From: Lama guanicoe
Lineage: Eukaryota
DNA: 64,000 bases
NCBI GenBank assembly: GCA_013239625.1
Contig: MU056050.1
Coordinates: 428,504 to 492,503 of the forward strand
Reading direction: 5' to 3'
Shown: in pieces, positions 37,768 through 51,229 of the stretch
Numbering within the stretch: the stretch's first letter is position 1
Layout of the letters: every line of letters starts with the position of its first letter
Notes under the pieces: model-generated
Told to the model about the DNA's origin: nothing
What the model saw: only the letters and a program-made list of their open reading frames with translations
The model's database searches: none
Program-made: the position numbers and the translations under genes

Positions 37768-38629
37768 TAGGAATGTGTATCTGTTAATCCCAAACTCCTA
37801 ATCTATTTCTCCCTTGCCTCTCCCCCTCGGAAACCACAGTTTGTTTTCTATGTCTGTGAGTCTATTTCTGGTTTGTATATAAAATTTGTGTCTTTTTTTT
37901 CAGATTCCACATATAAGTGACATTACATGATATTTATCTTTCTCTGTCTGACTTCACTTAATATGATAATCTTTAGGTCCATCCATGTTGCTGCAAATGA
38001 CATTATTCCATTCCTTTTTATGGCTGAGTAATATTCCATTGTAGAAATATATCATATCTTCTTTATCCACTCATCTGTTGATGGACATTTAGGTTGTTTC
38101 TGTGTCTTGGCTATTGTGAATAGTACTTCTGTGAACATTGTGGGTATATGTCTTTTCAAATTATAGTTTTCTCTGGACATATGCCCAGGAGTGGAATTGC
38201 TGGATCATGTGGTAAATCTATTTTTCCCTTTTTAAGGAACCTCCATACTGTCCTCCATAGTGGCTGCACCCATTTACATTCCCACCAACAGTGTAGGAGG
38301 GTTCCTTTTTCTCCACACCCTCTCTAGCATTTATTATTTATATACATTTTAATGAGGGCCATTCTGACTGGTGTGAGGTGATACCTCATTGTAGTTTTGA
38401 TCTGCATTTCTCTAATAATTATCGATATGAAACTCAGGATCTTATACTCAGGTTTCCACAGAGGAAATGGGCTTCGAGGATGCATGTGAGAAAGGTATAG
38501 ATTTGAATGAGGGAAACAGGGCATGCTCCTGTGAGAAAATCTTCCTTCTGTCAACCACTAGAAGGTTGTATCTTGTTAGATTTTTGGGCTTTGATAATGT
38601 ATAAAAATAAAAATAAAAATAAAAATAAA

Positions 38630-38661
<32 letters not shown>

Positions 38662-40019
38662 GTTAACAGTGAACACTTACTGTTTTCAAGCACTGTACTA
38701 AGCATTTTACATGTATGAATTCATTAAATCTTTGCCTCAATCACATGAAGTCGGTGCTGTTATCATCCCCATTTTATGGATGAGGTAACAGAGGCACAGA
38801 CTGATATTCTGGTTTTGCTGTATATAGGTTTATATAAAGAATGCAACACCCTTGGGGATAGATGTTTCCTTTCAAGGGGGTGGCAGTCCAGTCAAGCTCC
38901 ACCTGCATTGGGGCTGCATTTATTGCCCAAGAATCTCTGGCTACCATGTTGATCCTGTTGGCATGGATGATGTCCTGAAGGCTGTTGGAACCCTCTTAGG
39001 AAACCATGCCTCTTCTGCCCTCACCAGGGATGGCCTCTGCTAAAAGGGGCCATGAAAATCCTCAGAAACATGTTAGTTAATTCAAAATGTGACCAGAAAG
39101 GTGATGTTAATGTCAAATCTTGGGAGAATAACCTAAACTCCACAACTTATTATAACTGACTGAGCATAACTTGAGAGATCTGTGACATGGGGATTTGTGA
39201 AATCATGAGTACTAACTCTTTAAACCCTGACTAACCAAGCAAAATATTCCCTAATTGTGCTTTGGAATTTCTTACCTCACTCAGATTTCCCTTGCTAGTG
39301 AACTTGTTAATTGTTAATGTTGAGTGTTTTTCATGTAACCATAACCTATGTAGCTATTGGCTAAATGAGATCCTTGAAAGCTTTTGGGGGATGGGCTGAG
39401 TAGCAAATGAAAACATCTCTGGGATAGAATATTCCTTCATTATCTCCTTCCTCCCTCTTCTCTGTCTTCTCTTTTCTTTTGTACAAAAGCTCTCAGTCCA
39501 GCGCTCTCACCAGAATATACAGTCTGCCTCGCAAGTGGATAAAAAGAAACTCTCTCTGTTTGGATAACCCCGGTCCACTCTTGCAGTGTGTAAGGTAGTT
39601 TTGCAAATTGTGCTAATTATATTTAAAAACACCAGGTAAACTACTTTTAAAGTGGAACAGAGAAAGTACTTCTATTTAATCTCCAGTCCTGGGAATATAG
39701 TAACGGTCAGCAAGTATGTATATTTCTCTCATATGCAAAGCTCTTTTGCTAGGTGCTACAGTGTAGGAGATAAAAGAAGAGTAAGACAGTTTCTGCCTTC
39801 CACTAGAGGCTTAACCCCCGTCCCCACTGTCCTTCTTCACGTAGTCTCTTGACTCGCCTGTTTTGCTTAAATCTCATCACCAAGGTGGTAGCGTGGGCTG
39901 CTATTCCACCAGACCTGCTTTGCTGCCCACAGTCTCCAGACCAACTTTCATCTCACTTCTGCCTCACTTGTGCACCAGTGCCAGATTAATCTTCCTAAAG
40001 TAAAATTGTGCTTTGGGGA

Positions 40020-40270
40020 ATTTTAGCCCCGTTAAGAAGAGGATTTTGTGTTAACCCTGAAAGTTTGGGAGCCAGGGAATGTTCAGATTCCTCCTAAAAT
40101 TCACAAGGTAGTTGATTAGCATGTTAAAGCATCTGAGAAGTCCTGCAATAAAGGAACTTTAACTTTAACTTTCCTTAACTCAGCATTTCCCATTCTTAAT
40201 TGACACAAAAACTTCTTTCTCATGTAACATCAATTGACATTACATACAACACTTTTTCAGAAATACTGCC
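40020..40270. mobile_element. hAT-Charlie MITE fragment inside an L2 remnant
   Basis: tagcatgttaaagcatctgagaagtcctgcaataaaggaac...cagcatttccc...gaaatactg. Confidence 0.55.
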
Positions 40271-40972
40271 CTAAAGCATTATTTTAATTATGCCACTTTC
40301 CCAGTTTAGAAATCTCCAGTGGTTCCCCATTTTCCCTTTGAGGAAGGATGTCCACTTTGTCAGCCTTGTTTCAAGGACCTTTGCAACCTGATCCTAATGT
40401 AATCAAGCGAAATTTCATTTTTCACTGCTTCCCTATGTAGACTATTTTCCCTAACTATGTTGCTCTGCCCATCATTCTGTGCTCATCAACTATTAAGGGA
40501 CAAGGCAGGAGGTTGGCCAAAAATGGGTGGGGACCGAGATCTGGGGCTTTAGGTAGTGGTCATTTGTGAGTAGGTTATGCTGGAAGCCCCAGTAGCAGGA
40601 ACCTGGGAATGGGGCAACCCAAGCAGGATAAAGTGGAGGTAGAGTTCAGGATGAGCAGGTGTGGGAATACCAGTGGCTGAAAATGGCATACAACTTGAGA
40701 TAATAACTGTGAGCACTCAGTGCGAGGCCTCACAGCCAGAGAAATGAACATCAGGGCAGGGCCGATTCCGAAAGTAGGTAAGTGCCAAAAAAAAAAAAAG
40801 AAACGAGTCAGTGGTGAGATCAGGTCAGCTATTTTTCATGTGCAGAAATAGGTATGGGGCCTGCCGAGTTGGGAGCAAAAACTAAAACATCTGTAAAAGA
40901 CAGGATGTGTGTGTTTGTGTGTGTATGTGCATGTGTGCACACATGCCCACCTTTGTTTAAGACAGTGATTGT

Positions 40973-41173
40973 GTTTTTTTATTGAAGTATAGTCAGTTAC
41001 AATGTGTCAGTTTCTGGTGTACAGCATACTGTTTCAGTCATACATATATATACATATATTCCTTTTCATATTCTTTTCCATTATATGTTATTACAAGATA
41101 TTGAATATAGTTCCCTGTGCTATACAGAAGAAATTTATTTTTTACCCATTTTATATATAGTAGTTAGTATTTG
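40973..41173 (-). mobile_element. Short L1 3' end
   Basis: Perfect 15-bp TSD taagacagtgattgt at 40958-40972 / 41174-41188. Confidence 0.93.
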
Positions 41174-41338
41174 TAAGACAGTGATTGTTGATGTTCTTTG
41201 AGAAACTGTTGGAAGTTATGAGACTTCTCTTTAGAAAAATGCATATACACACTGAATTTTACATAGAATTTTAGGGGTTTCATAGACTTTGAAATCCATG
41301 GGCCTATGTTTACTGAAATCTTTTTATCTTATGTTTAA

Positions 41339-41340
41339 GA

Positions 41341-41371
<31 letters not shown>

Positions 41372-41427
41372 CAGAGACAGAGAGAGAGAGAGAGAGACAG
41401 AGACAGAGAGAAAGAGAGAGAGAGAGA
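41339..41427. repeat. (GA)n/(GAGACA)n microsatellite
   Basis: Directly visible. Confidence 0.95.
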
Positions 41428-41931
41428 AAATTTTCCAAACAACAGAGATGTTAACCCAAGCTGGTCTCTTTGGTATATTTTTCTATTTTATTTCTTCAAA
41501 GCAGCCCCAATTATAAAGCTAGCAGCATGACATCAACCAAATTGTACTTCTCTTCTGCTTATTGATTTACTCTGGTACCACTTCTGGAATTGATTCAGTG
41601 ACCTATTCTTTGTTACTCTTTTCTATGTCCCTGGGAAATCTATACTCTGTGACCTTTCAGTCTGTGAAACATAAACTCACACAGAGTTGCTTAGATACCT
41701 TCATGTCCATTTAGTATCTTGGAGAGAAGGAGACACATGAAGGAGGACAAGGGTGTGTATAAATCAATATCCCCGGACAGCTTTAAGAGAGGGAGATTTT
41801 GGTGTGTGTAAGGACAGGGCAGGGTGTGAATGAAGCTGTTGTGCTGGTTGAGTGATTAGAGTGGCAGGGCTTGCTTCAAGGAACAAGTGTGCTTGGAGTG
41901 CTGCTCACACTGAAGTACCAGCCTTGACTTT

Positions 41932-42572
41932 CTTTCTTTTTTTTATTGAACTATAGCTGATTTACAGTGTTGTGTTAGTTTGTGGTGTACAAGATAGTGA
42001 TTCAATTATACATATATATATTCTTTTTCATTATAGGTTATTACAAGATAGTGAATATAGTTCCCTGTGCTATACAGTAGGATCTTGTTGTTTATCTATT
42101 TTGTATATAGCAATGTGTATATGTTAATCCCAAACTCCTAATTTATCCCTCTTCCCTTTCCTTTTGATAGCCATGGTTTGTTTTCTATGTCTGTGAATCT
42201 CCTTCTGTTTTATAAGTAAGTTCATTTGTATCATTTTTTTAGATTCCACATATAAGTGATATCATATGATATTTGTTGTTCTTTGTCTGGCTTCACTTAG
42301 CATGATCATCTCTAGGTCCGTCCACGTTGCTGCAATGCCATTATTTCATTCTTTTTTATGGCTGAGTTGTATTCCATTGTGTATATATACTACATCTTCT
42401 TTATCCAATCATCTGTTAATGGACATTTGGGTTGCTTCCATGTCTTGGCTATTGTAAATACTGCTGCTGTGAACATTGGGGTGCATGTATCTTTTTGAAT
42501 TAGAGTTTTCTCCAGATATATGCCCAGGAATGGGATTGTTGGATCATATGGTAATTCTGTTTAATTTTTTAG
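41932..42572 (-). mobile_element. L1 3' end
   Basis: L1 3' UTR and ORF2 end; TSD agccttgacttt (41920-41931) / agccttgatttc (42573-42584). Confidence 0.92.
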
Positions 42573-43116
42573 AGCCTTGATTTCCTATCATGATTCTCCT
42601 AAAGCAATGATTGTCAACCCTGGCTATATACTAGAATCACTTGAAAAACTTTAAAAATATGCCCATTTACAGGCCCCAAACCCAGGGATTCAGATTTAAT
42701 TTTCTGAGGTGTGGACAGAGTATAATTATATTTTATAAACTGCAAAACATTTAATTTAAAAATGCTACTCTATGATATATTAAAAATAGCTCTTATAAAC
42801 ACATAAAATGTGTTCTTTAGCTACCAGATTTCCTTTGCTTAAAATATTTTATCTGTCTATCTATCATCATCATCATCATCATCTATCTAAGGAAATTGTA
42901 AGTCTCCCCTATGGAAAAGTCCATATTCTATCACAAATGTCTATGGTCAGATTCCTCAGACTCCGCTATTTGTTGTAGGTGTATTTTAGATTTTTCATTA
43001 TGATACAGAAGTAGACAGAACAGTATAAAGAACCCTCATGTTCCCATCATTCATTTTGAGTAATAACCCAGGTCAATCTTGTGACATCTATATCCCCATG
43101 ACTCCCCCTGTACTTG

Positions 43117-43481
43117 TGTCTTAGTCCATTTAGGCTGCTGTAACGTAAATACCATAGACTGAGTGGTTTAAACAAGAATCATTTGTTCCTCGAAGTTCTG
43201 GAGTCTGGGGAGGCCAAGATCAAGGCGCTGATAGATTCTGTGTCTGGTGAGAGCCCTCTTCCCTGTTCATAGAAGGCCATCTTCTCACTGTGGCTTCATA
43301 TGGCAGAAGGGCCAAGGGAATGCTCTGAGGTCTCTTAAAGGGCAATAATCCCATTTGTGAGGGCCCCTTCCTCATGACCTAACTGTCTTCCAGATTCCCC
43401 ATGTCCAAACACCAACACACTGGGAATTAAGTTTCAACATATGAACTATGAATTTTGAGAGGACACATTCAATCTGCAGCA
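43117..43481 (-). mobile_element. MaLR solo LTR (MLT1A-like)
   Basis: tgtcttagtccatttaggctgctg...cattcaatctgcagca; perfect 5-bp TSD acttg. Confidence 0.9.
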
Positions 43482-43539
43482 ACTTGTCAGTTCTATTCTT
43501 TATAAAAGTACATTTGTTGAGGGATAATTTACCTTCTTT

Positions 43540-45900
43540 TAGTGTGCAGGTCTATGAATTTTGAAAAACTCATACAGTTGTATAAGCATCACTATGATCA
43601 AGGTATAGAACATTTGCATCACCCTAAAATGTTCCCTTATGATACTTTGTGAACAGGGAATAGGGAACACAAAATGTTCCCTTGTGACACATGGTATGGG
43701 TTTACCATAGTTTGTCCATTCACCCATTGAAGAACTTGGGATTGCTGCCAAATTTGACTATTATGAATACAGCTAATATGAACATTTGTGTATAGGTTTC
43801 TGTGGAAACATAAATTTTAATTTCTTTTGGGTAAACACCTAGGAGTAGGATTTCTGGGTCATATGGAAGGTGCTTGGTTAACTTTACAAGAAATTGTTGT
43901 CCTTACAAGCACTTGATATTGTTTGAGTTTATTACTATTTTTAATCTGGCCATCCTAATAGGTGTGTTGTTTTAATTTGTATTTCCTTAATAACTAATTA
44001 TGTTGAGCATCTTTTCTTGTGCTTATCTGCCATCTGTACTGGGTTAAATAGTGTCCTCTGACCAAATTCATGTTTACTTGGAACCTATGAACGTGACCTT
44101 ACTTGGAAAGAGGGTCTTTGCAGATGTAATCGAGTTAGGATGAGGTCATACTGGATTAGGGTGCGCCCTAACCTAATGACTGGTGTCCTTATGAGAAGAG
44201 AGAAATTTAGACACCAACATACACAGAGGGAAGACAACCATATAAAAATAGAGGCAGAGACTGGAGTTATGCTGCCACAAACCAAAGTATGCCAAGAATT
44301 TCTGGCAACCACCAGAAGCTAGTAAGAGCCAAGAAATGACCCTCCCCTAGAGCCTTCAGAGAGAGTACAGACCTGCAGACACCTTGATTTCAGACTCAGC
44401 CTCAAAAACTGAGAGAATAAATTTCTGTTATCTAAGTCACCAAATTTGTGGGACTTTGTTGCAGCAGCTCTGGAAAATTAATACACCATCTGTGTATCCT
44501 CTTCTGTGAAATATCTGTCCATGCCTTTTGTCCATTTTTTCATTGGATTGTTTGTTTTCTTACTGTTGAGTTTTGAGATATAGATAGGTAGATAGGTAGA
44601 TGATAGATAGGTAGGTAGGTAGGTAAATAGATAGATAGAAAGATATAGACAGCATACAAATCCTTTAACAGATATGTGGTTTGTAAATGTTTTCTCCCCG
44701 TCTATGGATTGTGTTTGTGTTTTCATTTTCTTAACAGTGTCTTTCCAACAGCAGAATTTTAAAATTTTGATGTTCTTATTAATCAATTTTTTATTTTATG
44801 AAGCATGCTTTTGATGTCATGTCTAAGAATTCTTTACTGAACTCCAGATCAAAAAGATTTTCTTCTATGTTTCCTATGATCCATTTTGAGTTACTTGGTA
44901 TAGTATATGAGGTTTAAGTCAATGTATTTTTTTGCATATGGATGTTTAATTGATCCAGAATCATTTGTTGAGAAGACTGTACTCTCTCCATTGGATTGCC
45001 TCTGCGACTTTGTCAAAAATAAATTGACCACATATGTAGGGGTCTTCTTCTAGCCTCTATTCTGTCCCATTCATCTGTATGCTTATCCTGACACTTCTCT
45101 TGATTACTGTTGCTTTATAGAAAGTCTTGAGAGCGTCTAGCATGAGTCCTATGACTTTGTTCCTTTTCAAAATTGTTTTGGCTTTCCTATTTCTTGTGCT
45201 TTTTCATATACGTTTTTGAATTAGCTTGTTGATCTCTACAAAATATCCTGCTGGGATTTTGATTGGAATTATGTTAAAAGTATAGATCAATTTGGAAAGA
45301 ATTGATATATTAACAAATTATGTTTTTCAACCCATTAACATGATATATCTCTCCATATATTTAGTCTCTCTTTAATTTAGCCCCACTAATACAATGTTGG
45401 ATAGGAATGGTGAGAGCAGATCCATTCTGTATTATTTTGAGTCAAATAAAAGATATTGTATGATTTCATCTGTAAGTATGACTCTCTACATAAATCTCTA
45501 AACAAAAAAAAGATAAAAACCCCACAAAATATTTGTAACACATTTAAATTAATGTCTTTAATTATGATGAAATATTCATTAATGTATAAATTTTCAGTTG
45601 TCTCATAAATGTGATGTTTTTTCTGTTTCCTTATTTGAATCAGGATGCAAATATGAGCCATACACTAAAATTGGTTGACATGTCCTCTTACATTTCTTTT
45701 AATTTTTAGATTCCTCTCATTTTTTTTTATTCTTTGCAATTGATTTATTGAAGAAACTGGGTTGTTTATCCAGTAGAGTTTTCCACAGCCTGGATTTTGC
45801 TGAAAGCTATTCCATGGTGATGTTTAACATTTTCCTCTGCCATCTGTATTTCTTATAAATTTGTAGTTAGATCTAGATGCTTACTCAGATTCAAGTTCAA
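43540..45900 (-). mobile_element. Old L1 (L1MB/MC) fragments with nested MLT1 and a (TAGA/TAGG)n tract at ~44597-44650
   Basis: cctaggagtaggatttctgggtcatatgg, gctgggattttgattggaatt and similar antisense L1 motifs; ORF 44478-44786 is ORF2-like. Confidence 0.8.
44035..44485 (+). mobile_element. MaLR solo LTR (MLT1C-like)
   Basis: tgtactgggttaaatagtgtc...gcagctctggaaaattaataca; perfect 5-bp TSD ccatc. Confidence 0.92.
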
Positions 45901-45914
45901 TTTAAAAAAAAACT

Positions 45915-46830
45915 CTCAATTATTAAATACATGGATCAAATCATAAGCAGTATTATTGTGAAAGGGCACACCACATATTTAATCAGTTTTATTATTGTAA
46001 TTGCTACCCAACAACTCATTTATATACAGAAACATGCATCATGAAGAGCAAGAACTTAAGTGACAAAAAACAAGTTACAGAACAATGCCTTGACTCCAGT
46101 AGAATCTTGTTATGTAAATAATAAATAAAGGCAAATTTAAAAAATAAATGTAAAAATAAAAATACATTTTGAATAAATACATTTAGAAATGGAAAAAAAA
46201 ATGAGGAACAAGAACTATCACCCACCCATTCTGTAAATTAGTAGTTTGTCACTCTTAAGGAATAGTGCTCATTTCACTAAATCTGAGTAGTCACTTTCCA
46301 CACTCATTTTGAGTGAATGAAGGGATGATATAAGCTCAAAATTTTTACATTTCTTTGTCAAAAATTCAACTTAAAAACAAAATATCTTGCATAATTTACT
46401 ACTAAACACCATAAAAACTGCCTTGTCTTAAGCTCTTTCTCACTCTATGGAGCAGGCTAACAGGGCATCTTAGGACATGATAGAGACTGTCTTATCACAG
46501 ATGACTCACAGGTTAAAAATCTTCCACTACAACCAGCATGTATGCTTCACTGGCTTCCTGAAATACCCTACAGCTGTACTTGGGAAACTCAAATCTGTTT
46601 TGAAGTCCTGGACAATTTCTCCTACTAACTTCTGGAAAGAAAGCTTTTGGATCAGAAGCTGTTGGCAGCCTTAGCGGCCAGTTAATTTTATGGGGGCCTT
46701 CCAAGCAGTGGGCTTGCAAGCAGAGTGCTTTGTGTCACCCATTTCCTTTAACCCACTGTCAAAGTCTTAAACTTGCTTCTGTGTCTGTCTCTGCTGTTCT
46801 ACCACTAATGTGCTCTAGCAACCATGCAAA
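45915..46830 (-). pseudogene. H3-3B: Processed histone H3.3 pseudogene from H3-3B (H3F3B); CDS remnant 46742-46428
   Basis: Minus strand with frameshifts: MGDTKHSACKPTAWKAP..LAAKAA / [32 protein letters not shown] / [15 protein letters not shown] / NL*VICDKTVSIMS*DALLACSIE*ERA*. 3' UTR aggcagtttttatggtgtttagtagtaaatt and catgatgcatgtttctgtat match H3F3B as recalled; no introns. Confidence 0.92.
46057..46200 (+). mobile_element. Short polyadenylated retroposed fragment inside the pseudogene 3' UTR
   Basis: aataaa 46172-46177, A tail 46193-46200, TSD atgaagagcaagaact (46041-46056) / atgaggaacaagaact (46201-46216). Confidence 0.75.
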
Positions 46831-46899
46831 GAAAAAAAAACCTTTTTTCAACCAGAGTCAGTGTCTTTAAAGAAAGTTATATATGTGTGTATATGCCCT

Positions 46900-48810
46900 G
46901 TATGTATACACACAGATAATTTACATAACTTTTTAAAAACTAATAAGGATTTATTTAGTATATAACCACAATGATATTATCACTTCTAACAAAATTAACA
47001 GAATTCATTAATAAGACCTAATACTCAGTTCATGTTTGAATTTCCCTGTTTATCTTAAAAAATGGTTAGTTTGAATCAGCCCCAAAAAGGGCTACACATT
47101 ACATTTTGTGGCTACATTTCTTAAGTCTTTTTTATTCTGTAACAATTTCCCCTCCTCATTTTCATTCCATGTGTTATGGGCTGTATGTTTGTGTCCCTAC
47201 CCTCTCCAAAGTCATATGTTGAAATCCTAATCTCCAATATGATGGTATTAAGAGGTGAGACCTTTGGGAGATGATCGGGTCATGAGGGTGGAGCCCTCGT
47301 GAATGGGATGAGTGCTCTTATAAAAGAGACCCCACAGAGCTCTCTCACCTCTCCCACCATGTGAGGACGCAGCAAGAAGACAGCTATCTGCAACCACGGA
47401 GCAGCCTCTCACCAAGAACCCAACCGTGCTGACACCCTGATCTTGGATGTCCAGCCCCTAGACATGTGAGAAGCAAATTTCTGTTGTATATAAGCCATCC
47501 AGTTAAATATTCTGTTATAGCAGCCTGAACCAGCTAGAACATCATGCTATTAGAGAAATTAGGTCATTTGTTCTTTAAAATGCTCCATTTCCTGCATTTG
47601 GCTGATTACCTCTTTCTGGTAACATTTAACTTACTCCTCTATCTCTTTTATTTCCTATACACCCATATTTAGATCTAGACCAAAGGATTGATTTGCTTCA
47701 TGTTCATTTCTTTTGACAAAAGTACTTTGTAGGTGGTTCTGTGTACATTTAATGGTGTCAGAAGGCACACCATGTCTGTCTCAGTTTTAGAGGTTAAATT
47801 GATTTCATCATGAGATGTATTTGGCCTGTTCCTTGTTAAACTTTCACCTAATAGGTTTAGAATTCATTATGATCTTTGCCTAAATCCATTATTTCATTAG
47901 GAGTTGTGAAATGGTGGTTTTTATCATCCTATCATTCCTTCTGCATTGATTAGTGAAATTCTCCATAATGAAAAACTTTCCTTCTCAGCTATTTTGGTGA
48001 CCCCTGAAATACTGTTTGACCAGGAAATGCAGAATCAATGCTTAATTCTCTACTTTTATTAATGTTTAGCATAAAGAATTGTTGTTCTAGAAACTTCTGA
48101 TGATAATCAATGAGGTTTTTTTCTTATCATAATGAACTTGTGGGATTTTATATATTTGATGTGTTTGAATCAACCACAGTCATTTTTTAAATGTACAATT
48201 AATTTGACAATCTTTGATCAGTAGAAGCCCCTTCACGTTGGCTCCTGAGTCTTTTTGACGTGTCCTCAGTGGTCTTTGACAGTGTCCTTGCTTTCTGGAA
48301 TAATAAGATGCCCCAGGCTCATCTCGAACATTTCCTACGTTAGATCTGGAATCAGCCATTTCTCCAGGGAGCCATGGATTCTTTTAATGAGAAGTGCAAT
48401 GGGCATAAGTAATTTTATTTTTGTTTCTTATCTACACTTTATTTTTAGAGCATTTTTGGGTTTACAGAAAAATTGAGCCAGAAGTATAGAGAGTTCCCGT
48501 ATATCCCTTTTCCCCTTCTTCCCCTATTATTACCATCTTGAATTACTCTGGTGTATTTGTTTCAATTTATGAATCAATATTGATACATAATATTAACTGA
48601 AGTTCATAGTTTAAATTAGAGCTCACTCTTGGTGTTGTATAGTTTATGGGTTTTGGCCAATGCATTATTTCATATGTCCACCATTATAGTATCACATAGA
48701 ATGCTTTCACTGCCCTAAAAATGCCCTGTGCCCCATCTATTCATCCCTTTCCCCCTCTCCTTGAACTCCTGGCAAGCATTGATCTTTCCATTGCCTCCAT
48801 AGTTTGGTTC
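46900..48810 (-). mobile_element. Old L1 3' regions (L1MC-like ~46900-48400; L1MB-like ~48410-48810)
   Basis: ctggaatcagccatttctccagggagcc, tttagagcatttttgggtttacagaaaaattgagc motifs. Confidence 0.75.
47172..47541 (+). mobile_element. MaLR solo LTR (MST/MLT1A-like)
   Basis: tgttatgggctgtatgtttgtgtccc...gttatagcagcctgaaccagctagaaca; TSD ccatg/tcatg. Confidence 0.9.
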
Positions 48811-51229
48811 ATAAACTTTTTTAAAGTTCCATCAGTTGAAGGAAGCTGCTAAAAGACCAAAAGTGAGGATGAAATGTTACCCAGAGGAGATAACTAAGGG
48901 GCCCAACTCCCTGTGGAGGTAAAAGGAGATGGAATCTAGAAGGGATTAGCCTCTGATAGAAGCAGCTGAAGTCACCAAGAATGTTGACAAGAATTAAGAG
49001 AGAGAGGACAACTGAGCCTGGAGGGAAATACTGCCCCAAGCAGAATTTTACTACCACCTCCAGATTTCAAGTGGGGTACAGATCCCAGACCCTCTCAGAA
49101 CCTGTCTCCTGCATCTTTGTGTACCCAGTCTCAGGGCGTGTAGCCCTTCTCTCTTCCACCCTCAGTGTGTTCTCCTTTCCTCCTACTGTTAGAGCCCCCT
49201 GCTCTCAGCCAACCTAGCTCTAGTACTTATCTCTAGGATATCTGTGAAGCCTAAATGAGATACTACGTATAACATGCCTTACACACAGAAAGCACTCAAT
49301 AATCAGAAGCTGTCATTACTGAATTAAGACCCCAAACCTTTCAGATCATGACGTCCTTCACCCTTTTATCTGTTCCCAGGTTTAATTAGCACTGGGGCTT
49401 GTAAGATTTTAATTAAGATCAACAATAGTGATGAGGACTCACCCAACTCTCCTACTTGTATCTATCTCTGTACAGTAGCCCATATTTGAGGACACCTGCT
49501 TAGGGCCCACGACAAATGACCACTGCCTTCCTCCTACTCTTCAGGTTTTGCAAAGGACCTTTAGAATCCCAAATGCCCTGTCCATAGCTCAACTGAAGGC
49601 ACAAGTGAATTTGCTCTTTTTTTCCTATCTCTGAGAGAGAATATACTTGCTTTGAGGAGACCCAGGCCAATGGTGCAATTTCAGTTCCTTGGGGAAACAA
49701 TGTCTGAACTTCCAGTCTTAAGAGTTTACCCAAAAGAGGAGACATGGAGCTATGAGACAGTGAGTCCAGACAGGGTGGGCTGTGTGGCTGCTATGATCAC
49801 AGGTCACAGGCATCATGAACAGAAGTAGGTCAAGATTAAAAGTACTGCTCTTCAGACCTCAAGGTCTGGACCTTCTAGATCTTTAGCGGGTTCCAAAACA
49901 TGAAATAAAAAAAAATAGCAGTTTTACCTGGGAACCCTACCTGGGTGCGTTAGATTTTCAGAGGCAAGGTATAGGTCATCCAAGTCCCCACAGACAGTGA
50001 TGAGATGCTCCCAGAGGAGTACTTTGTGCAGAGAATGTCTTTGGGGCTGTTGATGGAGGGGTGGGGCTTGTACCTACAGGGTCAATATTTGCCAACTACT
50101 TAATAGGCTGATGCCATCAAACAGAGAGTGGTAGCTTCCTCCCTCAGCTCCTGTGATAACTGTGATTAAGAATGACACAGTTGCTGTGAACTCTTCCAGG
50201 AGATACCTCTAGGGCAAGTGGCTCATGGACTGATGTCTAGGTCTGGGCAGTGAGAGCTGGGCAGGCTGGGCACAAGAACCATCTTGAAAGGAAGCATCTG
50301 AAGCATGTTGAACTCCAGGTCAGGCTGGGATGGGAGATGCCCAAATGGTTAGAGATGGAGATCCAAAGTTAACCCTGGGATACTAGTCTGCAAACCTAGG
50401 TTAGGACTCCATTACATGCTTCAGAGTGATGGGCTTCTATCTTAGGTCTTTATAGCTCTTTAGACTAGAGACTTTGTGTTGCCCTAGACTAGAGAGGGTT
50501 TAGAACTGAAGGCCAAGGGACCAGGCTACCAGGATTTAGAAATCTGCAGAGGAGGAAGCTAGATAGGCTTGAACCTAATCTCTTTGGGCATGCTTCCAAG
50601 AAGTATTTATGTAGCCCCACTTATAGCTAGTCCCTGATACCTAGTCTCACCTCTCCCTCCCTTTTCTGGACAACTAGTTATTTTCAATTAACAATGGCTT
50701 AATTGCTTGGAAATGTTTACTTGACTGAGCCAAGATTTAAACTTGCTACCAGAAAAGTATCCTGGAGGGTCAGAAGCCTGCAATGGGTAGTTGGTTGCAA
50801 AATGGGAATTAGATGAAGAGGGGATCCATCTCTATTAATCTCCACTTAATCAGTGATTAGACTTGTGAAGAGAGGTAAGAACTTAATTGTTTGGTGTCAT
50901 CAGGAAGTCAATTATTTAAATCTTTCTTCAATAGTTAGCTGTTAATTAACTGGGAATAAAAAGGAGAATAATTGGTGATGGATTTGCTGGGACTAGCTTG
51001 TGCCTTGTAGAGTCAATATTCTTGGCTATTAATGAGATCTTGGATAAAAGGCACAAAGGGATGCAACCAGCTAGAGGTGATGCTTGGCCAAGGGCAATAT
51101 GATGGACTAGATGGTCTCGGAGTGTCCTGCACCTTCTCCCAAATTTTTGGCAATCTTTTCCCCGAGGCTCTACCCAGTGATCCCAACCCTGGGGCTACCC
51201 CACTATAGACAGAACTCCAAGGTTACACA

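Larger units (their letters stand above)
33049..38425 (-). mobile_element. Host L1 3' portion (33049-33257 + 37784-38425) split by a 4.5 kb composite L1
   Basis: 3' UTR stops at aatgtgtatctg (33257) and resumes with the same motif at 37772-37783; ORF2 C-terminal [20 protein letters not shown] near 38330-38420. Confidence 0.88.

Noticed and set aside
40490..40900. Possible ancient Gypsy-type LTR remnant (also ~24720-25000 and ~50170-50560)
   Set aside because: Only compositional resemblance; no termini or TSD found.
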